Shown here in pieces: positions 1 through 12,628 of a stretch of 64,000 nucleotides of DNA. The DNA comes from Selaginella moellendorffii (taxonomy: Eukaryota; Plantae; Lycopodiophyta): contig NW_003314263.1 of assembly GCF_000143415.4 (NCBI RefSeq), positions 1,428,165-1,492,164 of the forward strand. The letters run 5' to 3'. Position numbers and translations under genes: made by a program. Under the pieces are notes generated by a model. It was not told the DNA's origin. It was given only the letters and a program-made list of their open reading frames with translations, and did not search any database. Numbering within the stretch: the stretch's first letter is position 1; every line of letters starts with the position of its first letter.

Positions 1-572
1 ACCGTTCCAGCAAGAGCAACATCCAGGCCAACCGGCGAGAGAGAAAATGGTGACTCGGGTGACGCGCAAGCTCCAGCACCGCCACGGTGCTCGTTCTTAA
101 ATCTGAACAGGTTCCTGGTCGGGCTCATCGGAGTTCTCGCAGAGTCCCTGGATGATCCCCCCAAGAGCTTCTCGGGCGTGTTTGGCACCATAGGCCCCCC
201 GGGATCGCTGCCAAAGAGCTCCGTCCGGAGTAGCATCGAGTAAGCAGCGGCGCTGTCCTCTCTAGTCTCGCTGCCGTGAGAGACATTACTCACGTTGGAA
301 GAGGGCGACTTATCGAGCAGCGCAAAGCCTGTGAGGTTGGAGCTCGACCTGCTGGGGATGAAGCGATCACTATATGTGATTCTATTCACCTTGGGACTGG
401 ACGCCACCGCCGCGGCGCTCTCCACCTTGCCCGCATTGAAGCCGGAGCTGGAGAAGACGAGGGATCGCCTCGCCGCGATCTTGGCCCTGGGTGACTCCGC
501 CTCCAATCCCTTGATTTCCTCGGAGAAATCCTCGCAATCTTCCATCTCCGAGTCCATACGGATCCTCTTCAT
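1..572 (-). CDS. CCS52: CCS52/FZR1 (Cdh1-type APC/C activator), N-terminal part; runs off the window
   Basis: Open frame from ATG at 572: MKRIRMDSEMED...TYSDRFIPSRSSSN (C-box DRFIPSR)...AYSMLLRTELFG (CSM-like)...NLFRFK...SPFSLSPVG. It is missing from the ORF track because there is no stop in the window. Confidence 0.9.
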   Translation of the reverse strand, partial: MKRIRMDSEMEDCEDFSEEIKGLEAESPRAKIAARRSLVFSSSGFNAGKVESAAAVASSPKVNRITYSDRFIPSRSSSNLTGFALLDKSPSSNVSNVSHGSETREDSAAAYSMLLRTELFGSDPGGPMVPNTPEKLLGGSSRDSARTPMSPTRNLFRFKNEHRGGAGACASPESPFSLSPVGLDVALAGT

Positions 573-774
573 GTAGATCCCGGCGGTCTCACCTCCGCTG
601 TGGGCGCGCCCGCGGCGCCAGCTCCTCCCTTACTCTTCGCTCGCCCTAACCCTACGGGGGCGAAGAACGCTAGTGACGTGGCTTTCGCGCTATAATTTTG
701 ACGTGGCGGAGAAAGAATATTCTCCAAATATCACATTTTAGGGTTCCTGGGCCAAAAGGGGGGAAAAGCAAGAA
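573..774. promoter_or_regulatory. ~200 bp bidirectional promoter between CCS52 and DNAAF1
   Basis: Divergent ATGs at 572 and 775. E2F site TTTCGCGC at 683-690, followed by TATAAT. Two TGACGTGG boxes and a telo-box-like AACCCTA. Confidence 0.6.
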
Positions 775-2519
775 ATGAGCTTTGATATGAGCCCGGCGGG
801 CTTGAAGAAGCTGTGTCGGGAGAAGCGGCTGTAAGATCTTCGATCGCAAGGATTCTTCTCATGGATTCCCTCTTTGTGTGTGGAATCTAGGTATGCGAGT
901 CTTCCAGAGCTTAACGAGGTTCTTCATCTCCATCACAGGGTAATGAGGCATTTTCCACTGCTTGTACAGCTTTCACGTCTTTGTTCCAGGGCATAGTCGA
1001 GATTAAAGGCCTCGAAGAGTACACTGGATTAAAAACTCTCCACCTCGAGTCGAATGGTATCTATCTTCTTTCTTTCTTCTCTTTTATTCTGAGAGGATTT
1101 CTTTGCAGCAATACTGAAGATCAAAGGTCTGGATTGCCTCATGAATCTTCGCTGCCTCTATTTAAACCAGGTAGAGCGTTATAATTTTCGCAGTTCTAGT
1201 AAGAAACCACCTCACGATAGAACGCTAGAGAATTTTTTTTTTTTGTAGAACTTGCTCGAAGATGTGGAAGGACTTGATAAACTCCCCCGCTTGGAAGCAC
1301 TCGATCTGGCAGATAATCAGGCACGCAAGGATTCTTTTTCTTCGTTTGCTTTGTGAGTTTAATCACTGCTTTGCAGATCAAGTGCTTGAAAGGACTCTCT
1401 TGCTGCCAGTGCTTGCGTCAACTTAATCTTTCCGGAAACATGCTTTGCCTGGAGGAGGACGTCGCGCATCTCACAGTAAAGACCACACAAACCACTCGAA
1501 AACATAATCTCGCTCGTCCTTTCTTTCGCTAGAAATGCAAGAGCTTGCAGTCACTCGACATCTCCAGGAACAAACTTGACAACGAAGAGTCTCTCCAGGT
1601 GAAAGAAAATACAAGCTTGTCTTTTCTAATCACTCGGTTTCAGATAATTCAATCGCTTCGTCTCACCCTCTTGAAAATGTCTGGAAATCCGATTGTATCA
1701 ACGATACCATATTACCGGAAGCTTTGCCTCGTCCAAATGCCCACGGTATACTTTTCCTTCACACTAGAGAGCGAGATTTCGATTTTAAGTTCGCAGCTTA
1801 CGTACCTGGATGAATCTCCTGTCTCTGAGCACGAGCGTCGCTTGGCAAGAGCATGGGCAGAAGGTGGAAACGAGGTAAGATCCATGGTGCTGATCAAAAT
1901 CTACGAACGAAAAACCATTTTGTGCTGATCAGGAGGAGACATCAATGCGGGAAACTATACGCAAGGAAGAAGCCCATCAGAGAGAGATCCATCGTCAAGG
2001 TACTGCCACCGTTTTGGAAGGATGGATGGTTCTTTAGCCATCTCTAGAGCAGCATTCGAAGCCATGATCGAGGAAGCGACGGCCGAGCTGGCCGAGAACG
2101 AGCGAAAGCAAAGAGAAGCGGCAGAAAGAGCTCAAGAGGAGCGAGCCGAGGCAGCGGCAAGAGAAGAGCAGTGCCGAGCCGAGATTGCTGCGAGAGAGGA
2201 AGCAAAGAGGAGACAAGAGATCCAAGAGCAGCGGAGAGCCGAGCTAGCAGCGAGGGAGGAGAAGAGAGCCGCCGAGCTTGTAGCGGTGGAGGAGGAGCTA
2301 GCCGCGGAGCTTGCTGCGCGCGAGAAGAACTTGTCCGAGGAATGGATTATAGAGCGGCTCGAGTGCGCTGACAAGGAGAGGAAGTTTAAGAAGGAGCTCC
2401 AGGAGCGCGTTTTGGAGCGAGTGGCCCAAGACAAGAACGTCGCAAGGCCTATGCTCTGGGGAACCAAAGGTTACAAGAGTCTCTGGGAAATAGCAACTAA
2501 TATAGACGACTCTACTTAA
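775..2519 (+). CDS. DNAAF1: Dynein axonemal assembly factor 1 (LRRC50/ODA7)-like LRR protein, multi-exon
   Basis: Spliced translation MSFDMSPAGLKKLCREKRL/Y..PELNEVLHLHHR/GIVEIKGLEEYTGLKTLHLESN/..IKGLDCLMNLRCLYLNQ/...GNPIVSTIPYYRK../LTYLDESPVSEHERRLARAWAEGG, then a coiled-coil tail. Short introns, one with a GC donor at 1321. Confidence 0.85.
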
Positions 2520-2896
2520 CAATTTTTTCTAAACAATGGTTGAAGAAAATTTTCGTCCTCTGGGAAGTGTGTGTCATCTTTTAAATTTTGGAAGCGTTGC
2601 GAAGTTTCTCTTTGCAAAAGGAGCTCAGATTTCTTCCTCTTAGTTCTTGGTAATCTTATTAGTGTTTTTCTTGCAAAATCTTGGGAAATGCATCCTTCAT
2701 GAGACGTTTATACAAGATCCTGATTGAGTGTCTTTCGTATTCCAGGGACTGGTTTGGAACTCAAACCAATGTCTTTTCGATCTCTCTACAAAACATAAGT
2801 TGTTTACAATTTATATAATAATAATTCAGAATCCACCATCGCGTTTGCCAAGTATATGTATTTTTTTGTGATCAATTATAAGTTTCTCAACAATAT

Positions 2897-5334
2897 TCAT
2901 GCTTGGTTCTCTAGCTGGTCCTAAACTCGGGAAATAAAAAAGGAATTAGGACGAGAAAACCAATGAGGAAACTCAATCTCACCTCATTCACAAAAATCGA
3001 ATGGAAACCATAAGGAATCCTTACAGGGATCGAGACCACAGCAACTGGATCGGCTGCCATTGTCTTGGCATCAATCACGACTGCCTCCGATTTTCTGGAA
3101 GAAAAAAAAACATGAAAAAGCTTGAGCACACGAAGATGAACTCTCATCTTACCCCGCCCCTTCGTCGTAAACAAAAGAGATGACGTAGCCATCGTCTTCA
3201 TCCGCGTCCTTGTCCGAGCTCTTTGGAACAAACACCGCCTCGGAGCCAAACCGGCGACCTCCATACATGAACTCCCCGACCACATTGCTCCCAACGGGAT
3301 TACCACCATCCCTGGAGAGCTCGGGATCCTTGTGGAGATCAAACTTCGCCACTCCTTTGATCCTCACTTGATCGTGGAAAACGGCAGCATACACGTAACG
3401 TTGCTTCCTGTGAAAGTACGAGATTTATGGATGCAAACTCTCAAGAGAGCCTATAACCTTCCTATGTAGTTTTCGTTGATGCGAGGAAACTCCACCGCTG
3501 GTCCCTTTGACAGTGGACGCTGCAAAGCAGCACCGCTCTTCATGTTGAACCGAAATTCGTAGCTGTGTCCAAGGATTTTGTGAGGAAAAGAGAAGTAGAG
3601 ACTTGAAAAAGAAAAGAACTTACAGCTCGAGAACATGATCGTTAGTGTCTTTCATGAGCTCCATGTCGAACTTTGGCATGCGGCAAGCAACGAGAACTAC
3701 TTCGTCCCCGTCTTCCCACGCATTTGCTGCTTAGAATCAACAGGTCCAATGTTAGAACATTTAGAGAAAACTGTGAGAATTCTAACCTGTGTGGAAAATA
3801 TAACAACTTGGAAGATGAAACCAGCGCATCTGGCTGTCGCTGAGAGCATAGCGAGGCAGCACTCCAAAGCGGGACTTCTTCGTGCTGTCAAACGAGATTA
3901 TCATTTTTCCTTCACCCATGTTCTGTAAACCAGAATAAATATATAAATAAATACGAAAGATGAGAGACTGTTTGTGTGTGTGATTGTCCCACCTTTGGTT
4001 TAAAAGTCATTGGAAGATCCATGAAAACTGCGTAGTTCTCCGTGATTGCGAAGTCGTGCATCATCACGGGGTCGGGGATGTTGATGCTTACCGGATCATG
4101 CAAAGTTCCATCTTTCGAAATGACGCGATAGATTACGTATGGTGTTTGCTGTTGGTAACAGAAGAAAAACATCTCGCCTGAAGAAAAGTAAAAAAGAAGA
4201 AGAAAAGCTTGACTTTAGCTCATATTTTAGAATGAAAGAACTAACCTGTCACAGGGTCAACTTTGGGATGAGCAGTAACAGCGTGAGACAATCTTTTGTC
4301 ATAGTCAAGCACGCCAATTGTCTCAAGGTTCCCATCTTCGAGCATTCGAATAGCATCTGACAAAAACAAAAATAATGTTTCCTACAAAGATAAAAACAAA
4401 GAGGAAACGAGCTTACATGGTTTGTCAGCCTCTAATAGTGCTAAAAGTTTCTTGTTGTGATACACCATGGCTGTATTGGCTGCGGAGAACACGATTAAAT
4501 GAAATTAAAAAAAAAAGTCTTCGTTTTACCAGTTCCCATGCCATACTCTGCGTCCACAACACCGAGAGCAACTCGCAGCCGAAAAACATTCGCTAAGAAA
4601 ATCCCAAGTATTCCTTTCAAGTCTCCCACCTTCAAAGGGATTTCAGCTTCAACAAAACCAAGAACCAAGGAAGAAAAACCATACACACCTTCAGGAAAGT
4701 TGGAGTGCCATAGAATTCCTCTTGTTTTAACTTGGAGGTCTTCACGTAGCGAGAGACATAGTTTGCTTTCCCGTCCTTGATTCGCAGACCATGCAGCATT
4801 CTGGTTGAAACAAAGAACAAAGATACGTGTAAGCCAACGCATGATAGAACTAAGAGGAAAACGTAAATACCCATCTCCGTCGAACCTACAAGTAAGATGG
4901 GGATAAAATGGAGAAGAAAAAACGAAAAAAAAAACATTCATACCAGTGGTAGCCTGCTGTAGGCTCGAATCTCGGATTTGGTCCAGTGCGCACGAATTCT
5001 CCATTCAAGCATTCCTGTAAAGAAAAGAACGAAAAAATCAAGACAATGCGAAGACAAATCCATTAACAAAGCTTACCGGGAGAGCGCCAGTTACTGGCAA
5101 GTCCGCCAATGGCCCAGACTCTCCAACCGGCGCGAAGTTCTCTTGAAGAAACAGGTTGGATTTGCTGGAAGCGCCGCTAAACAACTGGACGAGCAAAGCC
5201 TCGATCCCATCGCAAAGCTTGGCAGCAATCCTGGCTCCTATGCCCGGCGTTCTTGGCTGGACGATCCGGACGCCAAGGGGCAAGCTGCCCAGGAACTTAT
5301 CTTGGCTCTCCTTGCGCAGCCTCTCGGTTCCCAT
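2897..5334 (-). CDS. CCD1: Carotenoid cleavage dioxygenase 1, multi-exon
   Basis: Exons encode [92 protein letters not shown] and RIPYGFH, ending DQLENQA*. Confidence 0.93.
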
Positions 5335-5669
5335 CCCTCCCAAATTTTTTCTTTCCTGCCGCAAAGAACCACGGCCTTCCAACTAGTTAGTGGCCGTCCA
5401 TTTGGACGCTTGTAGATTCGAAGCCAGTGACTGTGGCTGTGGAATCACCGCGTGGCCGGATTTGCCACCGTTGGATGAGTAGCGCAAACACTCCCGCCAA
5501 AATAAGTTTTAAAAACGTAACATCAACAACAAGAGATGAGAACGGGGACGACAGCACTTGGATTTTTCTATTGCTGATGAGGTCTTGGTGTACATTGCAC
5601 TTAATCGAAAATATCCTAAGCTTCGACCTTGCTACTTTGGTCCTTTTCGAGATTTTTCCGAAATTCAAT

Positions 5670-6380
5670 GACTCGGGTTCGATTCACCTTGGGACTGGAT
5701 GCCATCGCAGCAGCACTCCCCGCATTGAAGCCGGAGATCGCGATCGCGATGACTGGGCCTCCAATACCTTGACTTTCTCGAAGAAATCCTCGCAATCTTC
5801 AGATCCGGGCCCAGCCCGCCAGTTCGCCCTGACCTACGGCGCGAAAGAAAGCCAAATATCACATTTTAGGGGCGTGGTTGAAGAAGCTGTGTCAAGAGAA
5901 GCGGCTGTAAGTTCTTCGATCCGACCAAGGAGCAATACATTTCTCAGTGGAATTTTCTCTTTGTGTTTGTGGAAGCTAGGTATGCCAGCCTGAGCTTAAC
6001 GAGGTTCTTGTAGGGGCAATTTCCACTGTTTAGTTTGCGTCTTTGCTTCCAGGGTATAGTCGAGATTAAAGGCCTCGAAGAGTACACTGGATTGGTATCT
6101 ATTTCTCTTTAATTCTGAGAGGATTTCTTTGCAATAATACTGAAGATCAAAGGTCTGGATTGCCTCGTGAATCTTCACTGCCTCTATTGAAGAAAAAGAA
6201 TCTTTGCATGCCTGATTATCGGCCACATCGAGTGCTTCCAAGTGGGGGAGTTTGTCAAGTCCTTCCACATCTTTGAGCAAGTTCTATAAAAACTCAAGTG
6301 TGTTCTATGGTGAGGTATTGCAAAAGTTACAATGCATTTACTTTGTGGATTTAATTGATGCTTTGTGCTTGAAAGGGCTC
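5670..6380 (+). pseudogene. Decayed duplicate of ~380-1400 (CCS52 5' end, promoter, DNAAF1 first exons) with an internal inversion
   Basis: Colinear matches with many short deletions. ~6190-6316 is the reverse complement of ~1208-1343. Confidence 0.85.
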
Positions 6381-6497
6381 AAGGGCTGAAAGAGTGGAAG
6401 AAGTTTTTTGCCCATCACTGGAGAGTGTTTCTTACTCAGTAGCCCATGTTTTTGCTCTTCCAACAATATCCACTGGCAACGACCAATGATCTAGAAA

Positions 6498-7651
6498 TGT
6501 AGTGCACGTGGTTTTGACCCTTTATCCTATGGTGATTTACCATAGGATAACACCACGAAGCGGAACCTAAACCCTTTTTGTGCCACGTGACAGATGCCAC
6601 GTGTCACATGCTACGTGTCCATGCCACATGTCCATAGGAACCCGAGGTTCAGGGCCTTGGGCCACTGAACGAACGAACGGTGCCAAACTCCTAAGCGTGG
6701 AGCCAAGGAGTGATGGAACCGAACCACGGAGCAACTCTCGAGCATACAGCCCAAGGAGTGAAGGGACAGGGGCCCGAAGCGACTTGGAACAGTCCTGGAG
6801 CAACCAGCATCCCAATGCCAGGACCAGCACGCAAAACGGAGCCAAACGGAGTCTGGCGCTATTTTAGCATACCGGTGGCCTAACGTGAGGATATGGGTAC
6901 TCCACCAGCTAGCATGGAATGGAACTTGGGTTTAGACCCAAGCCAGACGCAGAACAAGGACAGGCACGCAAGCGGGAGCTAGACGATGCCTCAGGTTGGT
7001 CGGCCATGCCCGACCTACCCACTATCCCTACTATACATTTGGAACCCCCCACAGCCCCCCCCCCCCCCCTTGAGGAACACACGCTTTGGGCTTTCACCCC
7101 AAGCCTCCCTTAGTATCAGGAGTTAGTCTCTAGGACAACCTTGAAACTTACTAAATATGGAATGTCCTTAGAATGTGAATTTGGACACGGGACGAACACC
7201 ATTGTGTTCAGGCCGATCTCTACATTCCGTAGATATGCCAAATGAGCAAATCTAGACACTTTCCATAAATAGCATTTGGGACCGAAATGAGACTAACACA
7301 AAGGGCATGATAGCGAGGGTGTTTGGCAGACACGGTAAGCTATCATCTAGCGATATTGAGGGACCAAGCTCAATATCGCGGGGGTTCCCAACACTAGCAA
7401 GTGCAAGTCAATATCATGAGTTTCTCATCACCGTGTCAAGTCTGCTTGACTAAATGACAACTTAGGATTTCCTTCCTTAGTGCCCTTCCGGTCTAAGTGC
7501 ACATGTGATGACCAGTTTCTCAACTAACTTAGGCAGAGACTGATAACAAGCCCAACAATACCGACCTTCTGCCATCGTGGCAGTAAGGAAAGAGTGTCCA
7601 TAAGGACTAATCGACAGGTAACTTTCGATACCTGAAGTCACATTCGCGACA
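6498..7651 (-). repeat. 3' LTR, family A (~1.15 kb)
   Basis: Direct repeat of 12629-13781, differing by a few percent by eye. Confidence 0.95.
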
Positions 7652-10600
7652 CTCTCCCCCCCTTGGGGAAGATCGACGTCCTCGTCGATGCATACTCGAG
7701 TCTAGAATACCGCCAAGGAAACAACTCCATAAAAAGTTCACGGTACTCACACTATGTGAGAAATGCACCAACTTAAATGAGTTAGGGGGTAACCTCTTTG
7801 TCTAACGCGGATGCGCTGCCAGCTCAGACACCTTCCGGCCGTCGCCGACAATGAAATGACCAACGGAGTTAGCCACCCTTGCTGCTCTGGGTGTCACCCA
7901 GCTACAAAAGTGTGATATGCCCCTGCCCGCAGGAACATAGAGAGAGAAGCTAGAGGCCCCTACCCTCTTAAGCAAAGAAACCAAACCCGTCGGTAAGGTT
8001 TAGATAGACTACTGTAAATAGGCAGTTAGAGTTGTTTACACGGTCACGCCCTTTCAACGGAATAAGGAACATCGACAAAGAGGCGGGTTATGTGACCAGT
8101 CGACAGTAGCTACCCCATGACTAGAGATTTCACCATGCACACGAAGTGCCGAAGCCAGTTTGCCCATTACTAGCCCAAACTCAAAGATCAATAGATGGAC
8201 AATATCAAAGTCATAGACAATGATATTTTAGAGATTTAATTATCAGTGAATAAAGCTTAGATTAGAACACAAAAGTATTCCAAGTAAGTTATCATCCGAT
8301 AAACTATTATTACAGTATAGGAACCACTAAGATCACTATCATTAGAAAACATAGGATTCACCATCCAACAAAATTCAATAGCAAGTATATCATCAAGTAA
8401 ACTCAATGATAAAACTTAACTACCGAAGATAGCAGACAGTAAGCCAACAATTTACTAGAGATAACTCAAAGAACACAAAGTATCATTGACTGACAAGCAC
8501 AAAGCTCGCGAATGTATCACCCGAAGGAAATAACATCCCAACCGATCAGAACTAACTCGAGCAATAATCAACAAAACAGAATGAATGCGGTAAGACCAAC
8601 AAACACTGATTCATGCCAACTATCACACTAGCCAATCCGAATAAATCCCAGCCAACAACACCAAGGAACTCAAGTTGCCTAAGCAAGTGTTAGCAACATC
8701 CTACTGATGTCTCAAGCCCAAGAGACCAATCCAGAGCAAACCACAAAGAATATGTGGTATTGCGAAAAGCCATAAGCTATCAAAGAGAACAACTAACCAT
8801 CATGAAAGATCATCAATCATTCCATCAATAAAGAGATGCATAATCATCGTCTAAAAAGGAATCCACCATCCCGAAGAACGGCAAACCATTCTATACCAAC
8901 AATAATCAAGCAAAACTTTTTGACATGGATAATCAATTATCCTAGATGATAGTCAATCATCACCAATGATTGCTAGATGCAAATACTAACTTCAACATCG
9001 AAGCTAATGAGCCAAAATGCCTTCCCCAACAACTTCTAACAAAATGGAACAATGAGTATAAAACTCAAAGAACCAAAGCTCGAAGAAGCCTATAGCCAAG
9101 TCTTGCTTAATAATGATCACGAGTCTCATAGAAGCTAACTTCAATGCTAAAGAAGAAATCATGGTGCAACCCACAATGTCTTCTTCAACACATCCATAAG
9201 CCAAACTTCATAATGCCAAAACTAATGAAGAGCATTTCTGCATCAATCCAAAAGCTAAGCACAATGAAGTTATGCTTAACAAGTGATCATCAAACGATCC
9301 TCCATGAATCCATCTAGAAAAAGACGTAACTCACTTCGTAACAAGTGCAAGACGAATCATCAATGATTGATATATCTTAATTCAAACCCAACAAGGATTC
9401 AATCACGTCAATATCAATCACTAACACATCATCTCGTAAAGTTAGCATAGTCCACGACTAAATCACTTTTCAAGGAAAAGCTAAAGCTCAACCCTCTACT
9501 AAATAATCTCGTCTAGAACACAACTAACTCAACTTGCCACGCAGTTTGTTTGAACGTCAACACAGTTGCTAACTAGCAAATGCATGAATGCCAACAACAC
9601 AAAGCTATAGCCAAATCATCAACACTATATTCATCAAGACTAATGAAACTCAATATCAATCCTTGGAAGGATATCTCATTTCACTCAGATCTCAATATCA
9701 ACAATGTCAACGACAAGGTATCACTTCAATGCTATCAACACTAGAACAAAGCTAGAAGAAAGCACAAATGAATCACCACCCAAAGCTCTCTAGCAACCAA
9801 GCTAACCAAGGTCGAAGATACCTTAGTCAGTATCCGAGACCAATCCTCCAACAATACTCAGTTACAGATAACACATCATCAAGGAGTGATTCACCACGTC
9901 CAAGACTCAATGAAATTCAACACTATGGACTAAATGTAACCAAATGATATCAACAGAGGTAGAGTCAACATGCCAAAACTCATGTAAGTCTAACGACACA
10001 ATCCTCCGGAACACCACTAGGTAAAGCAAACCCATCACTGCGAAATCATCACCGAGCAAAGAAAGTGTCAACAGTCTTTGACGAAGTCTACAAGTAATCA
10101 CTAGTCGCAAAGCAACTAACAATCACTCCTCAACTTGCCTTCACAAGACCTGAACACTAACTCATGTCATCGAGTTACATACTTGTCCAACATGAACATA
10201 ATACCCCAGGTACGAGATAAAAGTTCATAGACAAGCACAAACTAAATGACCACTCGAATCCAACTCAACCGCAATAAGCTCACTAAAACATTTAGCCAAT
10301 ACCTCTGAGCATGCCTTGAAGAGGCTAGCTATGCATGATCAACACTCTGTCGAAACTAAAGTGAAGACCATGAGATGGACTCATATTGGTACACAACCTC
10401 CTCATAGACAAAGCTATAATACGGGTACCAACATCTCAACCTCAAACAACTAAGTTGGACATCACCATCCTCAGCCAAGGCACAGGGCTACCAAGACCAA
10501 GTCAAGATCAGTGAGAGCTCACTACTCTCATAGAGTCTAACGTAATGCAAGGTGCAACTTACCACCAAGCATAACACTACAAAAGAAAGGTACAAGGGTC

Positions 10601-12628
10601 ACCCTTCTTAGAAAAGCGCAACGGCCACTTTCCTACACCAATTCCAGACTCTATCCAACTCAATTGCTTTAGCCCCAAAAGTCAGCATCCCTTTCGGGCC
10701 GCATTATACAAACTACCTATCAAGGTCTAAGCTAACCGAAGTCAACTCCAACCCTTCACTAGTTTGTACTGGCTTACAAAAATGGAATGGTTTTCGGGCA
10801 AAGTGATCAACAGATCAGCCATTGGAAAAGCCTAAGAAAATTTGTGGAAAATTTCCATCCTAGAGAAAGAATAACTCTTAGTCCAGGATTGCAAACTTTC
10901 AAGACTCAACCAACTTCCTCCTACCAAAAACTTCATATAGGTTCACTTCAACACCAATTCTCATGACCCATAATATGCTTAAGCCTCGAACATCTTTGCC
11001 CATCTAACCGATATCCAACGTCGACATCTGCAAAGTGCAAAATGAACATTCAAGGCTTGATCACGAAGACCACATCTTCGGATATCCATTTTGCACTAAC
11101 ACTTTTCTTCAATCACCTTCAAGATCCAATGTGAAGCAAAAACATTAACAAGAAAAATGACATGAAAAAAATCGAGATCCAAGGAAAATTCCTCATCACT
11201 TGAAATAACAATGCCACTTCCACTAACACAAGTGTTAGTGATGTCAATGCCCCAACTCCACATCTTCTCCATCCAACAATCTACTCCAAGTGCTAACGGA
11301 TCAACCGACAAGCTATAGCAAATGAATGCTACAACCCTTTTCTAACACCTTAGTGGGCAAACTTAAGGAAACAAGGTACCAACTTAAGCTTAGCATAATG
11401 GACCGCTATAGAGAATCCAGTCAAAGCTACTACACTGCTACTTTGTGCAAGTAGACTAGCTTCTCCATCAACCACTTTGGGGTTGATCATCATTTACCCA
11501 AGCAACTTCGTAAACGCATTACTCTTTATCACATGGATATGATATAAGCATCACAATGACTTGATCATCAATTGAGTAACGCAATGAGCAATGCCTATGT
11601 CATTACTTCAAACGTTTATGTGAGTATCAAATGCCAACTCGATTCGACAAAATGCAACATAAATGCCACACTCCACCAATAGAGGTTTACGACACCCAAC
11701 ACCACTAACTTTTGTTCACAACACGGACAAGCTCATGCCACTCTCTTTCCGACCAAACTCAACACTAATCCAACACCAAGCTACTCAAGGAGCAATAGCA
11801 AGGTTCCCCGGAAAAGAATTGAGCATTGCAACCCAAGTTTTCCAATAGCAAGCTTAGACAAAATGGTATAGCACTTCACCACTATCCATCCCACAACTCA
11901 CCATTGTAAGACCACCATCTCCAACATGCATCAAGATAGGGACTCTTGATTGCATGATGTGAATACAAGCAATGAGTTAACACCTCGTTGCGAATCATTT
12001 CTCCAAAAGAGAAGATGATTTACGTATTTGATCCTCCATCCCTGACAACTCTCTTTTCGGTCTCATCTTTGACTAAACCTCAAGCTTGCTTTTGCACTGT
12101 CTTCAGTTCAATCGAAGAAAAGTTTATGAGAGAGCACGGCAATGATTACTTGAACCAATAAACTATTCCCTACAGTCTTGATTGATCCACTTGTAATCAT
12201 GCCTAGGAAGGATCCACTAGTGCCGCGCTAAACAGCTACGGACCAGCCTATTTGCCACTCATAGCAAACCCAGGGAGATTTGCTTTAACCTATGGTACAA
12301 GGAACAACTCATAGAATCAATAGAACCATCGATAGGCTAACATTAATCCTGCCAACTCAAAGTGTGTTGCTAATATGCCTCTCTCATGAGCCCAAGCATA
12401 AACTCGTGCAAATGGAACATCTCACAAACCATCCTATGAGCCCAAATGCAAGCTAACATCATAAGGTACAAAAAGGTAACAAAAACCATACCCAAGGAAC
12501 GAATGCGAAGTCTTAGCACCCAAATGTGTACCCACTCGGATCATCGTTTTCATCTCTGCGTATGCAACGAGACTAGTTGCCCAATCTCATTGAATAGTAC
12601 TCGCTGAGACTCATTCTCTGATACCAAA

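Noticed and set aside
295-576. Plus-strand ORFs at 276-576
   Set aside because: Antisense shadows of the CCS52 exon.
6567-7113. 60-100 aa ORFs conserved at 6.6, 12.7 and 19.5 kb
   Set aside because: Conserved only because they lie in LTR copies; no protein motif.
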